Source: Paludibacteraceae bacterium (lineage in GTDB: Bacteria > Bacteroidota > Bacteroidia > Bacteroidales > Paludibacteraceae). Taken from it: a stretch of DNA of 64,000 nt. This document shows positions 47,634 to 56,852 of this stretch, piece by piece (position 1 is the stretch's first letter; each line of letters starts with the position of its first letter). The notes below the pieces were generated by a model. That model did not search any database and was not told where the DNA came from. It saw nothing but the letters and a program-made list of their open reading frames with translations. The DNA is taken from contig JAGCGM010000027.1 of the NCBI GenBank assembly GCA_017649635.1, forward strand, positions 989 to 64,988, in the 5' to 3' direction. The translations under genes were made by a program, and so were the position numbers.

Positions 47634-48341
47634 ATGCAAAAAGAAGCATGTGTTGAGGTGAACGGCCTTAATATCTACCCGTTCACCACTTTCGAGCAAT
47701 TGTTGACTCATGTGGACGAAAACAAGGGTATCCTCGTCGCCATCAATGCGGAGAAGATCCTTCACGCCACAGACCAGACCCGTGATATTATCAACCGTAA
47801 CATCGGCTACTGTGACGGGGCCGGGGCCGTGATGGTTCTCCACAAGAAGGGTTACTATGATGTGACCAAGATACCTGGTTGTGTGCTTTGGCTACGTATC
47901 ATCGCCAATACATACAAAGACAAGTCCTTCTACCTCGTGGGTGGCAAACAGGAGGTCATCGACGAAACCATCGAAAAGTTGAAGAAGGAATATCCGGGTA
48001 TCAACATCGTGGGTTACCGTAATGGCTATATCAAGACGGACGAGGAGCGCCAAGCACTCATAGATGATGTGGCGGAGAAGAAGCCGGACGTCGTTTTCGT
48101 CGCCATGGGCTCTCCGAAACAGGAACTGCTGATGATGGACATGGCCAAGCAACATCCTGCCATCTACCAAGGATTGGGTGGCTCGTACGACGTCTATACC
48201 GGTCATGTGAAACGCGCGCCGGCTTGGTGGCAGAACCACAACCTGGAATGGCTCTACCGCTTAATCAACCAGCCTTCCCGCATCAAAAGGCAAATCTGCC
48301 TCTTGAAGTTCGTGTTGAACGTGAAGATGGGAAGATACTAG
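47634..48341 (+). CDS. wecG: WecG/TagA/CpsF-family (GT26) N-acetylmannosaminuronosyl/ManNAc transferase
   Basis: Family motifs INAEKI, DGAGVV-like (CDGAGAVMV), GVGSPKQE-like (AMGSPKQELLM) and EWLYRL. The track start 47601 is TTG; the ATG at 47634 is preferred. Confidence 0.85.
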   Translation: MQKEACVEVNGLNIYPFTTFEQLLTHVDENKGILVAINAEKILHATDQTRDIINRNIGYCDGAGAVMVLHKKGYYDVTKIPGCVLWLRIIANTYKDKSFYLVGGKQEVIDETIEKLKKEYPGINIVGYRNGYIKTDEERQALIDDVAEKKPDVVFVAMGSPKQELLMMDMAKQHPAIYQGLGGSYDVYTGHVKRAPAWWQNHNLEWLYRLINQPSRIKRQICLLKFVLNVKMGRY

Positions 48342-48342
48342 A

Positions 48343-48362
48343 GAATTTTGAATTAAGAATTA
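48343..48362 (+). repeat. Left arm of a perfect 20-bp inverted repeat GAATTTTGAATTAAGAATTA
   Basis: Its exact reverse complement occurs at 51856-51875. Embedded in an AT-rich GAATT(A/T)(A/T)(A/G) periodic tract, immediately after the wecG stop. Confidence 0.8.
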
Positions 48363-48562
48363 AGAATTATGAGTTAAGAAACGTCAGTTCGACGAAGTCT
48401 ATTCGGGAACAATGTTTGACGTTAACAATTTTATTTATAAATAATAACAAAAAATTTTTTGTAATTTCGCGCCGTAAGCAGATGTGGATAGGGGGATCTT
48501 CATGGAAGTTTCCCCCCGTTGGTTGAAAGAAATGCAATTAGATTATTAATTTTTAGAATTTT

Positions 48563-49411
48563 ATGGTTAGATTGTTTAAGGCTTTGCCGATTCTCCTGTT
48601 GGGTGTCATGCTCTTTTCATCCTGCAATCCGCAAAAGAATGTGACCTATATCCAAGACACGGAAAACATGATGAAATTGCGCGCGTCGTATGAACAGAAC
48701 ATTGTGTTGAAGCCCGAAGATCAAGTATTCATCATCGTGAGTTGCCGGGATCCGCAGATCTCCGCCATGTTCAACCTCCCTTACTATACGAACCGTATCG
48801 GCGGGGTGGAGTCATTCAGCTCCTCCAACTTCACGATCAACAGCTACTCTTCCGCCAACAGCGTCGTCGGCTACACGGTCGACAACGAGGGGAACATCGA
48901 CTTCCCGATCCTCGGCAAAATCCCTGTGGCCGGACTCAGACGCCAAGAGGTCGCCGAGCTGGTGAAACAAAAACTGATCGAGAGCAATCAAATCAAGGAC
49001 CCGGTGGTGACGGTCGAATACATGAACTTAGGCGTCGCTGTCTTGGGCGAGGTGGCTCGTCCGGGACGTTTCCGCATCGACCGTGACCACTTCTCCATCT
49101 TCGATGCGTTGAGCATGGCAGGTGACTTGAACATCAATGGTAAACGACAGAATATCACCGTTTTACGCCACACCTTGGATGGAGACCAGGTCTATAAGGT
49201 TGACCTGACGAGCGGAAAGGAGATTTACAAATCCCCTGCGTTCTATATCCAACAGGGAGACGTCGTCTATGTGGCGCCGACCTCGAAACGTGCACGTGAA
49301 TCTTCCGTCAACGGTAACACGATACGGTCAGCCTCTTTCTGGGTCTCCATCGCATCCTTGGCCACATCCGTGACATCCGTCGTGGTGTTAGTTCAATCCA
49401 AAAACAAATAA
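48563..49411 (+). CDS. wza: Wza-type polysaccharide export lipoprotein (locus 3)
   Basis: Lipoprotein signal LLLGVMLFSSCNP plus Poly_export/SLBB motifs. More divergent and more GC-rich than copies 1 and 2. Confidence 0.85.
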   Translation: MVRLFKALPILLLGVMLFSSCNPQKNVTYIQDTENMMKLRASYEQNIVLKPEDQVFIIVSCRDPQISAMFNLPYYTNRIGGVESFSSSNFTINSYSSANSVVGYTVDNEGNIDFPILGKIPVAGLRRQEVAELVKQKLIESNQIKDPVVTVEYMNLGVAVLGEVARPGRFRIDRDHFSIFDALSMAGDLNINGKRQNITVLRHTLDGDQVYKVDLTSGKEIYKSPAFYIQQGDVVYVAPTSKRARESSVNGNTIRSASFWVSIASLATSVTSVVVLVQSKNK

Positions 49412-49473
49412 ACAGCGAGACCTCCCTCTCGTCAATGACTTGGTACTTTAATAGACTAATTATCTAAACTTTT

Positions 49474-51858
49474 ATGGCTAATAACGTTCCACAGAAAGCT
49501 CCCGTCAAAAGGGACGAAGTTCTTTTGCAGGACATCTTCAGCATATATCTCTCTAACTGGAAGTGGATTCTCCTTTCGCTCTTCATTTGCTTGGCGATTG
49601 GCACCTACCACATCTTGACCACTCCTCCGTCCTATAAATGCACCTCCTCCCTCCTGATCAAACAGGACAAGGACGGGCAATCGCTTTTGGGCGACGTGGC
49701 GATGTCCATGACGGATATTGGTCTCTCCCAGTTCAAAATCAACACCTCGAACGTGATCATGACGTTCCAGACGCCTGATATCATCCACACGGTGATTCAG
49801 CGCCTGCACCTGAACGACAGCTATACGGTGAAGGGTACATTCCGTGACGAGATCCTCTATGGATCCTCCCTTCCTTTCACCCTCTCCTTCATCGATATGC
49901 CGAACCATGGCGAGGGCAACCTGGTCGCTTGCCTCAAGTCGGACAGTTTGGTACATCTCACCAACTTCGCCATAGGGGATTCGCTCTTCAAGGAGGAGTA
50001 CACCGTCCACATGGGCGACACGATCCTCTCTCCGCTGGGACGCATCTCCGTGCAACGCAACAACTATTACACGGGGGACAGCTTCACCCGACCTATCCAA
50101 ATTGCTCACATCAGCGCCTACGACGCTATCGGAGAGTTCAAGGAGAAGCTCTCGGTCTCCCTCCGTGACAAGATGGGCACGGTCTTCGACCTCTCCTTCA
50201 CCGACCAGAGCCGTGAGCGTGCGATCGACGTGCTGAAGATGGTGACGAACGTCTACGACGAGTTCTGGATGCAGGACAAGAACAAGGTGACACTGAGCAC
50301 CGTGAACTTCATCACGCAAAGGCTTCGCATCCTGGAGGACGACCTGAACTCCGTGGATGGTGAGATCGCCACCTACAAGAGTAGCCAGCGCATCCCCGAC
50401 ATCCAAGCCACCGCATCCTACGACCTGAGCTTGGCGGGCGAGAACGAACGTAACCTGCAGCAACACGCCAACGAACTCACCGTAGCGCAATACCTCCTGA
50501 ATTTCCTCAAGGAGAACAAGGATAAACTCATGCCGGCCAACGTGGGCGTCACGGAACAGAGCATTCAGTCCCAAATCGCCGAATACAATAAGCTGACCCT
50601 CCAACGAAGCCGCTTCGTGGAGAGCAGTAGCGAGGAGAACCTCCTCGTGAAGGACATCGACAACCAACTCGTCGCATTGCGTGGGGCGATCATCTCCTCC
50701 GTCGAGAACTACATCACCGCCCTGCAGCTCCAGTTGAACTCCTACGAGACGAACCGACACGAGATCAACTCACGCATCAGCTCCAACCCGAGACAAGCGG
50801 GCCACCTCCTTTCGGCAGAACGCCAACAGAAGGTGAAGGAAGGGCTCTACCTCTTCCTGCTGCAGAAGAAGGAGGAATTCGAGATCTCCCAGGCCTTCAC
50901 CGCCTACGACACGCGCGTCATCATGGAGCCTGAGTACGGGGGAGGCGACAAGCCTTTCTCCCCGAACAAGAAGAACGTGCTCGCCCTGGCATTGCTGTTG
51001 GGCTTGGCCATTCCATTCGTCATTCTCTACGTGAGGGAGTTGTTGAACACACGGGTAAGAGGGCGCAAGGACTTGGAGTCGCTCACCATCCCATACGTAG
51101 GTGAGATACCGCTCGTCTCCCAGAAGAACCATATCAGCCCCTTCTCCTTCCTGCGTAAGGAAGAGACGGATGAGGAGGTGGAGTTGGTGGTCAAACCGCA
51201 GAGCCGCGACATCATCAACGAGGCCTTCCGCGTCATCCGTACCAACACGGAGTTCATGTGCAAGGAGGATGGCGCCGCGACCATCATGATCACATCCGCC
51301 AACATCAACAGTGGAAAGACATTCATATCCAGCAACTTGGCACTCTCCTTCGCCATCAACGGCAAGCGGGTGATCGCCCTCGACCTGGACCTCCGCAAGG
51401 CGACGCTCTCCAAAACGTTCGACTGTCCGAGACACCATGGCGTGGTCGACTACCTCAGCGGCAACGAGAAGGATTTCCACGGACTCATCGTGCATCAGAC
51501 CCTGGACATCCTGCCTGCGGGCAAACTGCCACCGAACCCTGCCGAATTGCTCACCTCCAGCCACTTGGGCGATCTGATCACCGAGTTGCGGAAGGAGTAT
51601 GACTATATCTTCATCGACTGTCCGCCGGTTGAGATCGTCACCGACGCCGATATCATCAAGCAATGGGCGGATATGACCCTCTTCGTCGTCCGCGCCAACC
51701 TCCTCGAAAAGGCTATTCTGCCGGATATCGAGAAGTACTATACGGACAAACGTTTCAACAAGCTGGCCATCGTCCTCAACGGTACCGAATCCATCGGCCA
51801 CTACGGCTATAAATACGGGTACTACAAAGGCAAATACGGCTACTACGGCCACGAGTAA
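49474..51858 (+). CDS. wzc: Wzc-type chain-length regulator / BY tyrosine autokinase (locus 3)
   Basis: Walker A SANINSGKTF, A' VIALDLDLRKAT, Walker B IFIDCPPV, Tyr-rich tail GHYGYKYGYYKGKYGYYGHE. Confidence 0.9.
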   Translation: MANNVPQKAPVKRDEVLLQDIFSIYLSNWKWILLSLFICLAIGTYHILTTPPSYKCTSSLLIKQDKDGQSLLGDVAMSMTDIGLSQFKINTSNVIMTFQTPDIIHTVIQRLHLNDSYTVKGTFRDEILYGSSLPFTLSFIDMPNHGEGNLVACLKSDSLVHLTNFAIGDSLFKEEYTVHMGDTILSPLGRISVQRNNYYTGDSFTRPIQIAHISAYDAIGEFKEKLSVSLRDKMGTVFDLSFTDQSRERAIDVLKMVTNVYDEFWMQDKNKVTLSTVNFITQRLRILEDDLNSVDGEIATYKSSQRIPDIQATASYDLSLAGENERNLQQHANELTVAQYLLNFLKENKDKLMPANVGVTEQSIQSQIAEYNKLTLQRSRFVESSSEENLLVKDIDNQLVALRGAIISSVENYITALQLQLNSYETNRHEINSRISSNPRQAGHLLSAERQQKVKEGLYLFLLQKKEEFEISQAFTAYDTRVIMEPEYGGGDKPFSPNKKNVLALALLLGLAIPFVILYVRELLNTRVRGRKDLESLTIPYVGEIPLVSQKNHISPFSFLRKEETDEEVELVVKPQSRDIINEAFRVIRTNTEFMCKEDGAATIMITSANINSGKTFISSNLALSFAINGKRVIALDLDLRKATLSKTFDCPRHHGVVDYLSGNEKDFHGLIVHQTLDILPAGKLPPNPAELLTSSHLGDLITELRKEYDYIFIDCPPVEIVTDADIIKQWADMTLFVVRANLLEKAILPDIEKYYTDKRFNKLAIVLNGTESIGHYGYKYGYYKGKYGYYGHE

Positions 51859-51875
51859 TTCTTAATTCAAAATTC
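51856..51875 (-). repeat. Right arm of the 20-bp inverted repeat (plus strand TAATTCTTAATTCAAAATTC)
   Basis: Exact reverse complement of 48343-48362. It starts on the wzc3 stop codon. Confidence 0.8.
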
Positions 51876-51891
51876 AAAATTCATAATTCCC

Positions 51892-52866
51892 ATGCCCTCC
51901 ATCTCCATCATCTGCCCAGTCTACCAAGCCGAAGCATACCTGGACAGATGCGTGCAATCCATTCTGGCGCAGACCTTCACCGACTTCGAGCTGGTGCTGG
52001 TCGACGATGGCAGCCGTGACCGTAGCGGGGAGATGTGCGACGAATATGCCCGTAAGGACAGCCGCATACATGCCTATCACAAGCCCAACGGCGGACTATG
52101 CAGCGCGCGGAACATGGGACTTGACCATATCTCGGGCGAATACTCCGTCCATGTGGACCCCGACGACTGGCTGGAGCCCACCATGCTGGAGGAACTCTAT
52201 GCGAAGGCGAAGGAAGACGACGCCGACATGGTGATCTGCGATATCTTCATCAACCGTAACGGCAAGCAATACTACTCCAAACAGGAGCCAGAGGCGCTGG
52301 ACCACGAAACGGTCATGAAGGGTTTCTTCCATGACCTCCACTCCGCATGCTGGAACAAGCTGGTGCGCCGTTCCTGCTACACGAGCCGAGGCCTCCGCTT
52401 CCCCGACAAGCTCTACATCTGGGAAGACATGTACTTCAACGCCTCCCTCTGCATGGAGGATATCAAAATCGTCTATTTGAACAAAGCATTCTATCACTAC
52501 GACTGCTCTTCGAACCCTAATTCCTTGGTGCGGACCTGCCGCCCGGAAACCGTCGAATCGCAGAAGTGGGTGATCAGTCATTTCGAACATATTCTGTCGG
52601 ATCCTTCATGGTTGGACAACCTCAAGATGGGCACGAAAGAGCGCCTCTTCTATTCCAGGTTGGGCAACGGGAAGGATCTGTACGACCTCTATCCGGAGGT
52701 GAATGAAACATTCCTATCGGGAAGCCGCTCCTCATCCATTGTGGGACGGTGGACGACCCATGCGCTCAGGCATCCGTCGCTTTGTGGCGCATACCGCCTG
52801 ATGCTCTCCGCGGAAGAGTCCGCGAGAACGCTGGCCGGAAAAGTGAAGAGATTCTTTATCGGCTAA
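51892..52866 (+). CDS. Glycosyltransferase family 2
   Basis: ISIICPVYQAEAYLDRCVQSILAQTFTDFELVLVDDGSRD...VDPDDW. Confidence 0.85.
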   Translation: MPSISIICPVYQAEAYLDRCVQSILAQTFTDFELVLVDDGSRDRSGEMCDEYARKDSRIHAYHKPNGGLCSARNMGLDHISGEYSVHVDPDDWLEPTMLEELYAKAKEDDADMVICDIFINRNGKQYYSKQEPEALDHETVMKGFFHDLHSACWNKLVRRSCYTSRGLRFPDKLYIWEDMYFNASLCMEDIKIVYLNKAFYHYDCSSNPNSLVRTCRPETVESQKWVISHFEHILSDPSWLDNLKMGTKERLFYSRLGNGKDLYDLYPEVNETFLSGSRSSSIVGRWTTHALRHPSLCGAYRLMLSAEESARTLAGKVKRFFIG

Positions 52867-52905
52867 CGATGAGGGGAAACCTTCCTCGTTTCAAACGCTA
52901 TTTGA

Positions 52906-53862
52906 ATGGATAAACGAATTGAAATGGACAGTAAAACTGTTCCCTCGCCGAAGGTGTCGGTCATCGTGCCGATCTATGGTGTGGAACACTACATCGAACG
53001 TTGCGCACGCTCTCTGTTCTCGCAGACTTTCAAGAGCGTGGAGTTCATCTTCGTCAACGACTGCACGAAGGATGGCTCCATGGATGTGCTCTCCGACGTG
53101 AGAAAGGAGTACCCGGAGGCGGACGTCAAGGTCATCAACCTAGAACACAACACGGGTCTGCCGCAGGCCCGACGAGCCGGAGTGGGGCAGGCCACAGGGG
53201 ATTACATCCTGCATGTGGACTCCGACGACTGGGTCGAGCCCGACATGGTGGAGCGGCTCTACCAACGGGCGGTGGAGACGGGTGCGGATATGGTATGTTG
53301 CGACTGGTCGGAGGAATACGAGGACCGCGACGAGGTCTTCAGCCACTACGAGGCATCCCGCGACATCTATTACGAGACCATCCTCGCACTGGAGACGGAC
53401 GCTTATGTATGGAGCCGTCTGACGAAACGTGAGGCCTACAACGGACTGGAGTTCCCGACCTGCAATATGTTCGAGGACTTCGTGATCACCTCGCAGTTGG
53501 TGGCCAACTGCAGCACCATCGAGTTCGTCCACGCCCCGCTGTACCACTACCGACGGAGCAACGCCTCCTCGATCCGCTCCTCGGCGGACACAAGGATGAT
53601 ACTCACACAGGAGGTAGAGAACATCTTCAACGTATACAAACGGGTGACGGAAAGAGAACCCGGTCAACATAAACGGGCGGTCGGACGAATGCTCTTCGCC
53701 ATGGGTTACCACCTCATGAGGCACAATCTGCACAGCTGCCTTTCGAAGGAGCAACGACGCGCCATCTCAAGCGGCATCCGCACCCATCTGCCTAACAGAT
53801 CCTTGGGGTTCTCCATGACCAAACAGATTGTGTTGTGGATGAAGGTATGGATCATGAGGTAA
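52906..53862 (+). CDS. Glycosyltransferase family 2
   Basis: VSVIVPIYGVEHYIERCARSLFSQTF...FVNDCTKDGS...VDSDDW. Confidence 0.85.
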   Translation: MDKRIEMDSKTVPSPKVSVIVPIYGVEHYIERCARSLFSQTFKSVEFIFVNDCTKDGSMDVLSDVRKEYPEADVKVINLEHNTGLPQARRAGVGQATGDYILHVDSDDWVEPDMVERLYQRAVETGADMVCCDWSEEYEDRDEVFSHYEASRDIYYETILALETDAYVWSRLTKREAYNGLEFPTCNMFEDFVITSQLVANCSTIEFVHAPLYHYRRSNASSIRSSADTRMILTQEVENIFNVYKRVTEREPGQHKRAVGRMLFAMGYHLMRHNLHSCLSKEQRRAISSGIRTHLPNRSLGFSMTKQIVLWMKVWIMR

Positions 53863-53885
53863 CCGCCATGAATGCAGGTTCCGGT

Positions 53886-54008
53886 CCGTACAGACGCAAT
53901 GCCCGATCCGTACAGACGCAAAATTTTGCGTCTCTACAATGCCCAACCGCACAATGTAGCATATTGCACCATGCGATACCGCATAGATGCATGAATAATG
54001 CGTCCCAT
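53886..54008. repeat. Palindrome-containing repeat unit (truncated half copy 53886-53902, then a full unit with palindrome AGACGCAAAATTTTGCGTCT at 53914-53933)
   Basis: Perfect 20-bp palindrome. The unit tail (caatgcccaaccgcac...aataatgcgtcccat) recurs at 55205-55278. Confidence 0.85.
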
Positions 54009-54044
54009 ATACGGGTAAATATTTGCCCACACCGAAAAGATTGT

Positions 54045-54052
54045 TATCTTTG
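54045..54052 (+). promoter_or_regulatory. Candidate -7 box TATCTTTG for the Rpn-like gene
   Basis: Exact TAnnTTTG match 27 nt upstream of ATG 54079. Confidence 0.4.
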
Positions 54053-54078
54053 TGTCGGAAAATTGAAGAAGAGCGACT

Positions 54079-55044
54079 ATGTCAAAATATCTGAGCCCCA
54101 AGGCGGACATAACCTTCAAGAAGGTATTCGGTGAGCACAAGAACCTGACCATCAGTTTCTTGAATGCCCTGCTGGACTTCGAGGACAAGGCGAAGATTGT
54201 CTCCATCGAGTACCAGACACCGGAGATGTTCCCCGAGACGCCCACGAGGAAGTACTCCATCGTGGACGTGCGCTGCAAGGATGACCGCGGGCGCTCCTTC
54301 ATCGTGGAGATGCAGATGGTCTGGAACTCGGACTTCAAGCAACGCATCCTCCACAACACGACACGGGCCTACAGCAACCAGCTGGGGCAGGGGAAACCCT
54401 TCGCGGACGCCATGCCCGTCTATGCGCTCTGTCTTATCGACGACACCTTCGAACCGACGCTCAAGAGCCAGCCGGACGACATGTTGGTCAGGGAGTGCAG
54501 CCCCTACTACGGGCAGGACTTCTACCACCACTACATGCTGACGGAGGACGGACACCCCGACCGCATCATCGAGGGGCTCAACATCATACTGGTGGAGCTG
54601 CCGAAGTTCACACCCATGTCGGGTTCCGACAAACGGATGATGGCGCTTTGGCTACGCTTCCTGACAGAGATTGACGAACAGACGACCGTCGTGCCGAAGG
54701 AGATGCTCAACTCCGAGGAGATCAAGGAGGCGCTCGGCATCGTGGAACGCTCCGTCTACACGGACGCCCAGATCCTCGCCTACGACAAGTTCTGGCAGGA
54801 CGTCGACTACTCCAACCACTTCGACCCTGACTACCACTACGGGCTGGGCAGGTCCAAGGGTAGAGAGGAAGGCCTTCAGGAAGGTCTAATAGAGGGGAGA
54901 GCGAAAGGTTTAAAAGAAGGTCTGAAGGAGGGTGAGCGAAAGGGAAAGATGTCGATCGCCAAGAGGTTGAAGGAAAAGGGCATCCCCCCCGAGGAGATCG
55001 CAGAGATCACAGGGTTATCCATCAGCGAAATAGCGCACCTGTAA
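54079..55044 (+). CDS. Rpn/YhgA-like PD-(D/E)XK recombination-promoting nuclease ('putative transposase' family)
   Basis: Family N-terminus YLSPKADITFKKVFGEHKNLTISFLNALL and nuclease core IVDVRCKDDRGRSFIVEMQ. The C-terminus has EG-rich repeats and an HTH-like ending (EIAEITGLSISEIAHL). Confidence 0.8.
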   Translation: MSKYLSPKADITFKKVFGEHKNLTISFLNALLDFEDKAKIVSIEYQTPEMFPETPTRKYSIVDVRCKDDRGRSFIVEMQMVWNSDFKQRILHNTTRAYSNQLGQGKPFADAMPVYALCLIDDTFEPTLKSQPDDMLVRECSPYYGQDFYHHYMLTEDGHPDRIIEGLNIILVELPKFTPMSGSDKRMMALWLRFLTEIDEQTTVVPKEMLNSEEIKEALGIVERSVYTDAQILAYDKFWQDVDYSNHFDPDYHYGLGRSKGREEGLQEGLIEGRAKGLKEGLKEGERKGKMSIAKRLKEKGIPPEEIAEITGLSISEIAHL

Positions 55045-55046
55045 AA

Positions 55047-55478
55047 TCGCACAGGCGAATAATAGCGCCCATCATGTGATGCAGGTCCCGGTCCGTACAG
55101 ACGCAATGCATTGCGTCTCTACCATGCCTAACCGCACAGATGCACGATAATGCACCAACATGCGAGGCGAGGCGACCTCCGTACAGACGCAAAATTTTGC
55201 GTCTCTACATTGCCTAACCGCACTGATGTAGCATATTGCGCCATGCGATACCGCACAGGCGAATAATAGCGCCCATCATGCGAGGCGGGTTCCGGTCCGT
55301 ACAGACGCAATGCATTGCGTCTCTACCATGCCAATCGCACGGATGCACGATAATGCGCCTACAGACGAGGCGAGGCGATCTCCGTAGAGACGCAAGATTT
55401 TGCGTCTCTACATTGCACCGAAATATGCAGAATTTGTAAGTCATTTACAAAAATTACATATTTTTCACCATATACTAT
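55047..55478. repeat. Tandem array of palindrome-containing repeat units (two alternating unit types forming a super-unit of about 204 bp, present about twice)
   Basis: 20-bp palindromes at 55099-55118 and 55303-55322 (AGACGCAATGCATTGCGTCT), 55185-55204 (AGACGCAAAATTTTGCGTCT) and 55388-55407 (one mismatch). The flanking unit sequence is conserved. Confidence 0.85.
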
Positions 55479-55481
55479 CAT

Positions 55482-55489
55482 TATATTTG
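55482..55489 (+). promoter_or_regulatory. Candidate -7 box TATATTTG for the ATPase/RloB pair
   Basis: Exact TAnnTTTG match 35 nt upstream of ATG 55524, directly after the end of the repeat module. Confidence 0.4.
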
Positions 55490-55523
55490 CTAAATTCGCG
55501 TGTAACAGGAAATTTATAGCATT

Positions 55524-56852
55524 ATGTTGGTAGATTTTTCAGTCGAAAATTTTCTTTCCTTCAACAGCAGGCAAACAATAACGTTTGAACCTGACACGAA
55601 AGTGAAGGGGTTGGAGGATCATTATTTCATATCCGTCCAAGATAAACAGAAAGGGCGCACGCTCAATTTGTTGAAGATTGGGATGATATATGGCGCCAAC
55701 GCATCAGGGAAAACCAATCTCCTGAAAGCGCTGAATTATCTGAAAAAGATTGCGTTAAGGACAAAGACAGAAAAGAATACCCCTTTGTCATTCGTTCCAT
55801 TCGAACTTGATTATTCGAAAAACACGTCAATGGAGGTGAACTTCATTTCCAATGACACCAAGTACAATTATAAGATTGAATTCAACAAATATTCCGTTGT
55901 ATACGAAGAACTTAACGAGTATCCCTATTTGACGGCCGGGAAAAGCAAGAACATCTATAAACGGACAACGGATGTAAACAAGCAGTTGTCGGACATTGAA
56001 TTCGGGAAAGGACAGAATGTGGACCCGATGATAGCAAAAATGCTAAACATCAGCACATTGTGGAACGAGACTGTGCTTGCCGGTTTTTCTAAAATAAGTG
56101 CGGACATAGAAGCCTTAAGAATTGTAAGTGAATGGTTCAATGACTATTTGGAAGAGTTGATGCCCTGGCAAACGTCTTTGGACATGTTATTGGCGGAGGA
56201 TATAAACGACCACAGGGTAAACGAGGCGGATGTGATAAGCGCGTTAAAAAGGGCAGATTTTAATATCTCGGGAATATCAATCGAAAAAAGGGCTCCCTTG
56301 ACGAGTTATTTGCAGGATGTGGTTGAATCGTACAACGGAGAGTGTAATATAAAAGAGGCATTCGATGTGTTGGATGACATAGACAGCAATACGGTTCCGC
56401 AGATAAAGCTAAAGCACCGGACAGGGCAGAAAGAGTATGAACTGCCATATACGCTTGAGTCGGAAGGGACAAAGCGTTATTTCGGGCTGATGGGGATACT
56501 CTTGAAATTGACGGAATCAGAGAAGTTCATGATGATCGACGAATTGGATACGTCATTGCATCCCGAATTATATGAAGCGTTTATCGTCTCGTTCCTGAAG
56601 AATGTCAGAGGGTCGCAGTTGCTCTTCACGACCCACAACCGCGAATTCCTGCAAAAGAAGCGTATGCTACGGAAAGATGCGTTGTGGATAACGGACAAGC
56701 GGGAAGATGGCTCCACCGAGGTATATTCGTTCGCGGACTTCGACAGTTCTGTGATTCGGGACACGACAAGCATATACAATGCGTATAGCATCGGCAAACT
56801 GGGTGGTGTCCCGAACAACGCTAGTGATTTGATATTCAAAACCGAAGGATAA
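55524..56852 (+). CDS. ABC/AAA_21-like ATPase (abortive-infection AbiLi-like / OLD-ATPase-like)
   Basis: N-terminus MLVDFSVENFLSFNS, Walker A YGANASGKTNLLKAL, Walker B/D-loop MMIDELDTSLHP and H-loop LLFTTHN. This is the usual layout of SMC/ABC-like defence ATPases. Confidence 0.75.
   Translation: MLVDFSVENFLSFNSRQTITFEPDTKVKGLEDHYFISVQDKQKGRTLNLLKIGMIYGANASGKTNLLKALNYLKKIALRTKTEKNTPLSFVPFELDYSKNTSMEVNFISNDTKYNYKIEFNKYSVVYEELNEYPYLTAGKSKNIYKRTTDVNKQLSDIEFGKGQNVDPMIAKMLNISTLWNETVLAGFSKISADIEALRIVSEWFNDYLEELMPWQTSLDMLLAEDINDHRVNEADVISALKRADFNISGISIEKRAPLTSYLQDVVESYNGECNIKEAFDVLDDIDSNTVPQIKLKHRTGQKEYELPYTLESEGTKRYFGLMGILLKLTESEKFMMIDELDTSLHPELYEAFIVSFLKNVRGSQLLFTTHNREFLQKKRMLRKDALWITDKREDGSTEVYSFADFDSSVIRDTTSIYNAYSIGKLGGVPNNASDLIFKTEG

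Noticed and set aside
49456-51852. Very long antisense ORFs (434 aa at 49456..50760 and 360 aa at 50770..51852). Similar ones occur at 45349..46134, 40817..41641, 7921..8667 and 53140..53754.
   Set aside because: Each lies fully opposite a gene with strong family motifs (Wzc, GT4, WecC, the FAD protein, GT2). Their products are low-complexity and rich in R/G/V/H/D/L. Stop-free antisense frames are expected with GC-rich third codon positions.
54079-55044. An insertion sequence or transposon built around the Rpn-like 'putative transposase'.
   Set aside because: There are no terminal inverted repeats of IS type and no DDE or serine/tyrosine recombinase. Only the surrounding repeat family is present. 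It is reported as an Rpn-type nuclease gene in a repeat context, not as a defined mobile element.
55047-55420. A possible CRISPR array, given the regularly spaced palindromic repeats.
   Set aside because: The intervals (86, 118 and 85 bp) are themselves repeated sequence rather than unique spacers. The units are too long and alternate between two types. No cas genes are present.
53706-55444. Small ORFs of 60-90 aa beginning MRLYG... or containing VETQNFASL or RDARFCVST (for example 53706..53921, 54876..55106, 55128..55310, 55214..55444, 57349..57567).
   Set aside because: They are translations of the palindromic repeat units in both orientations. Their similarity reflects the DNA repeat rather than a protein family. 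They have no start context and overlap each other.
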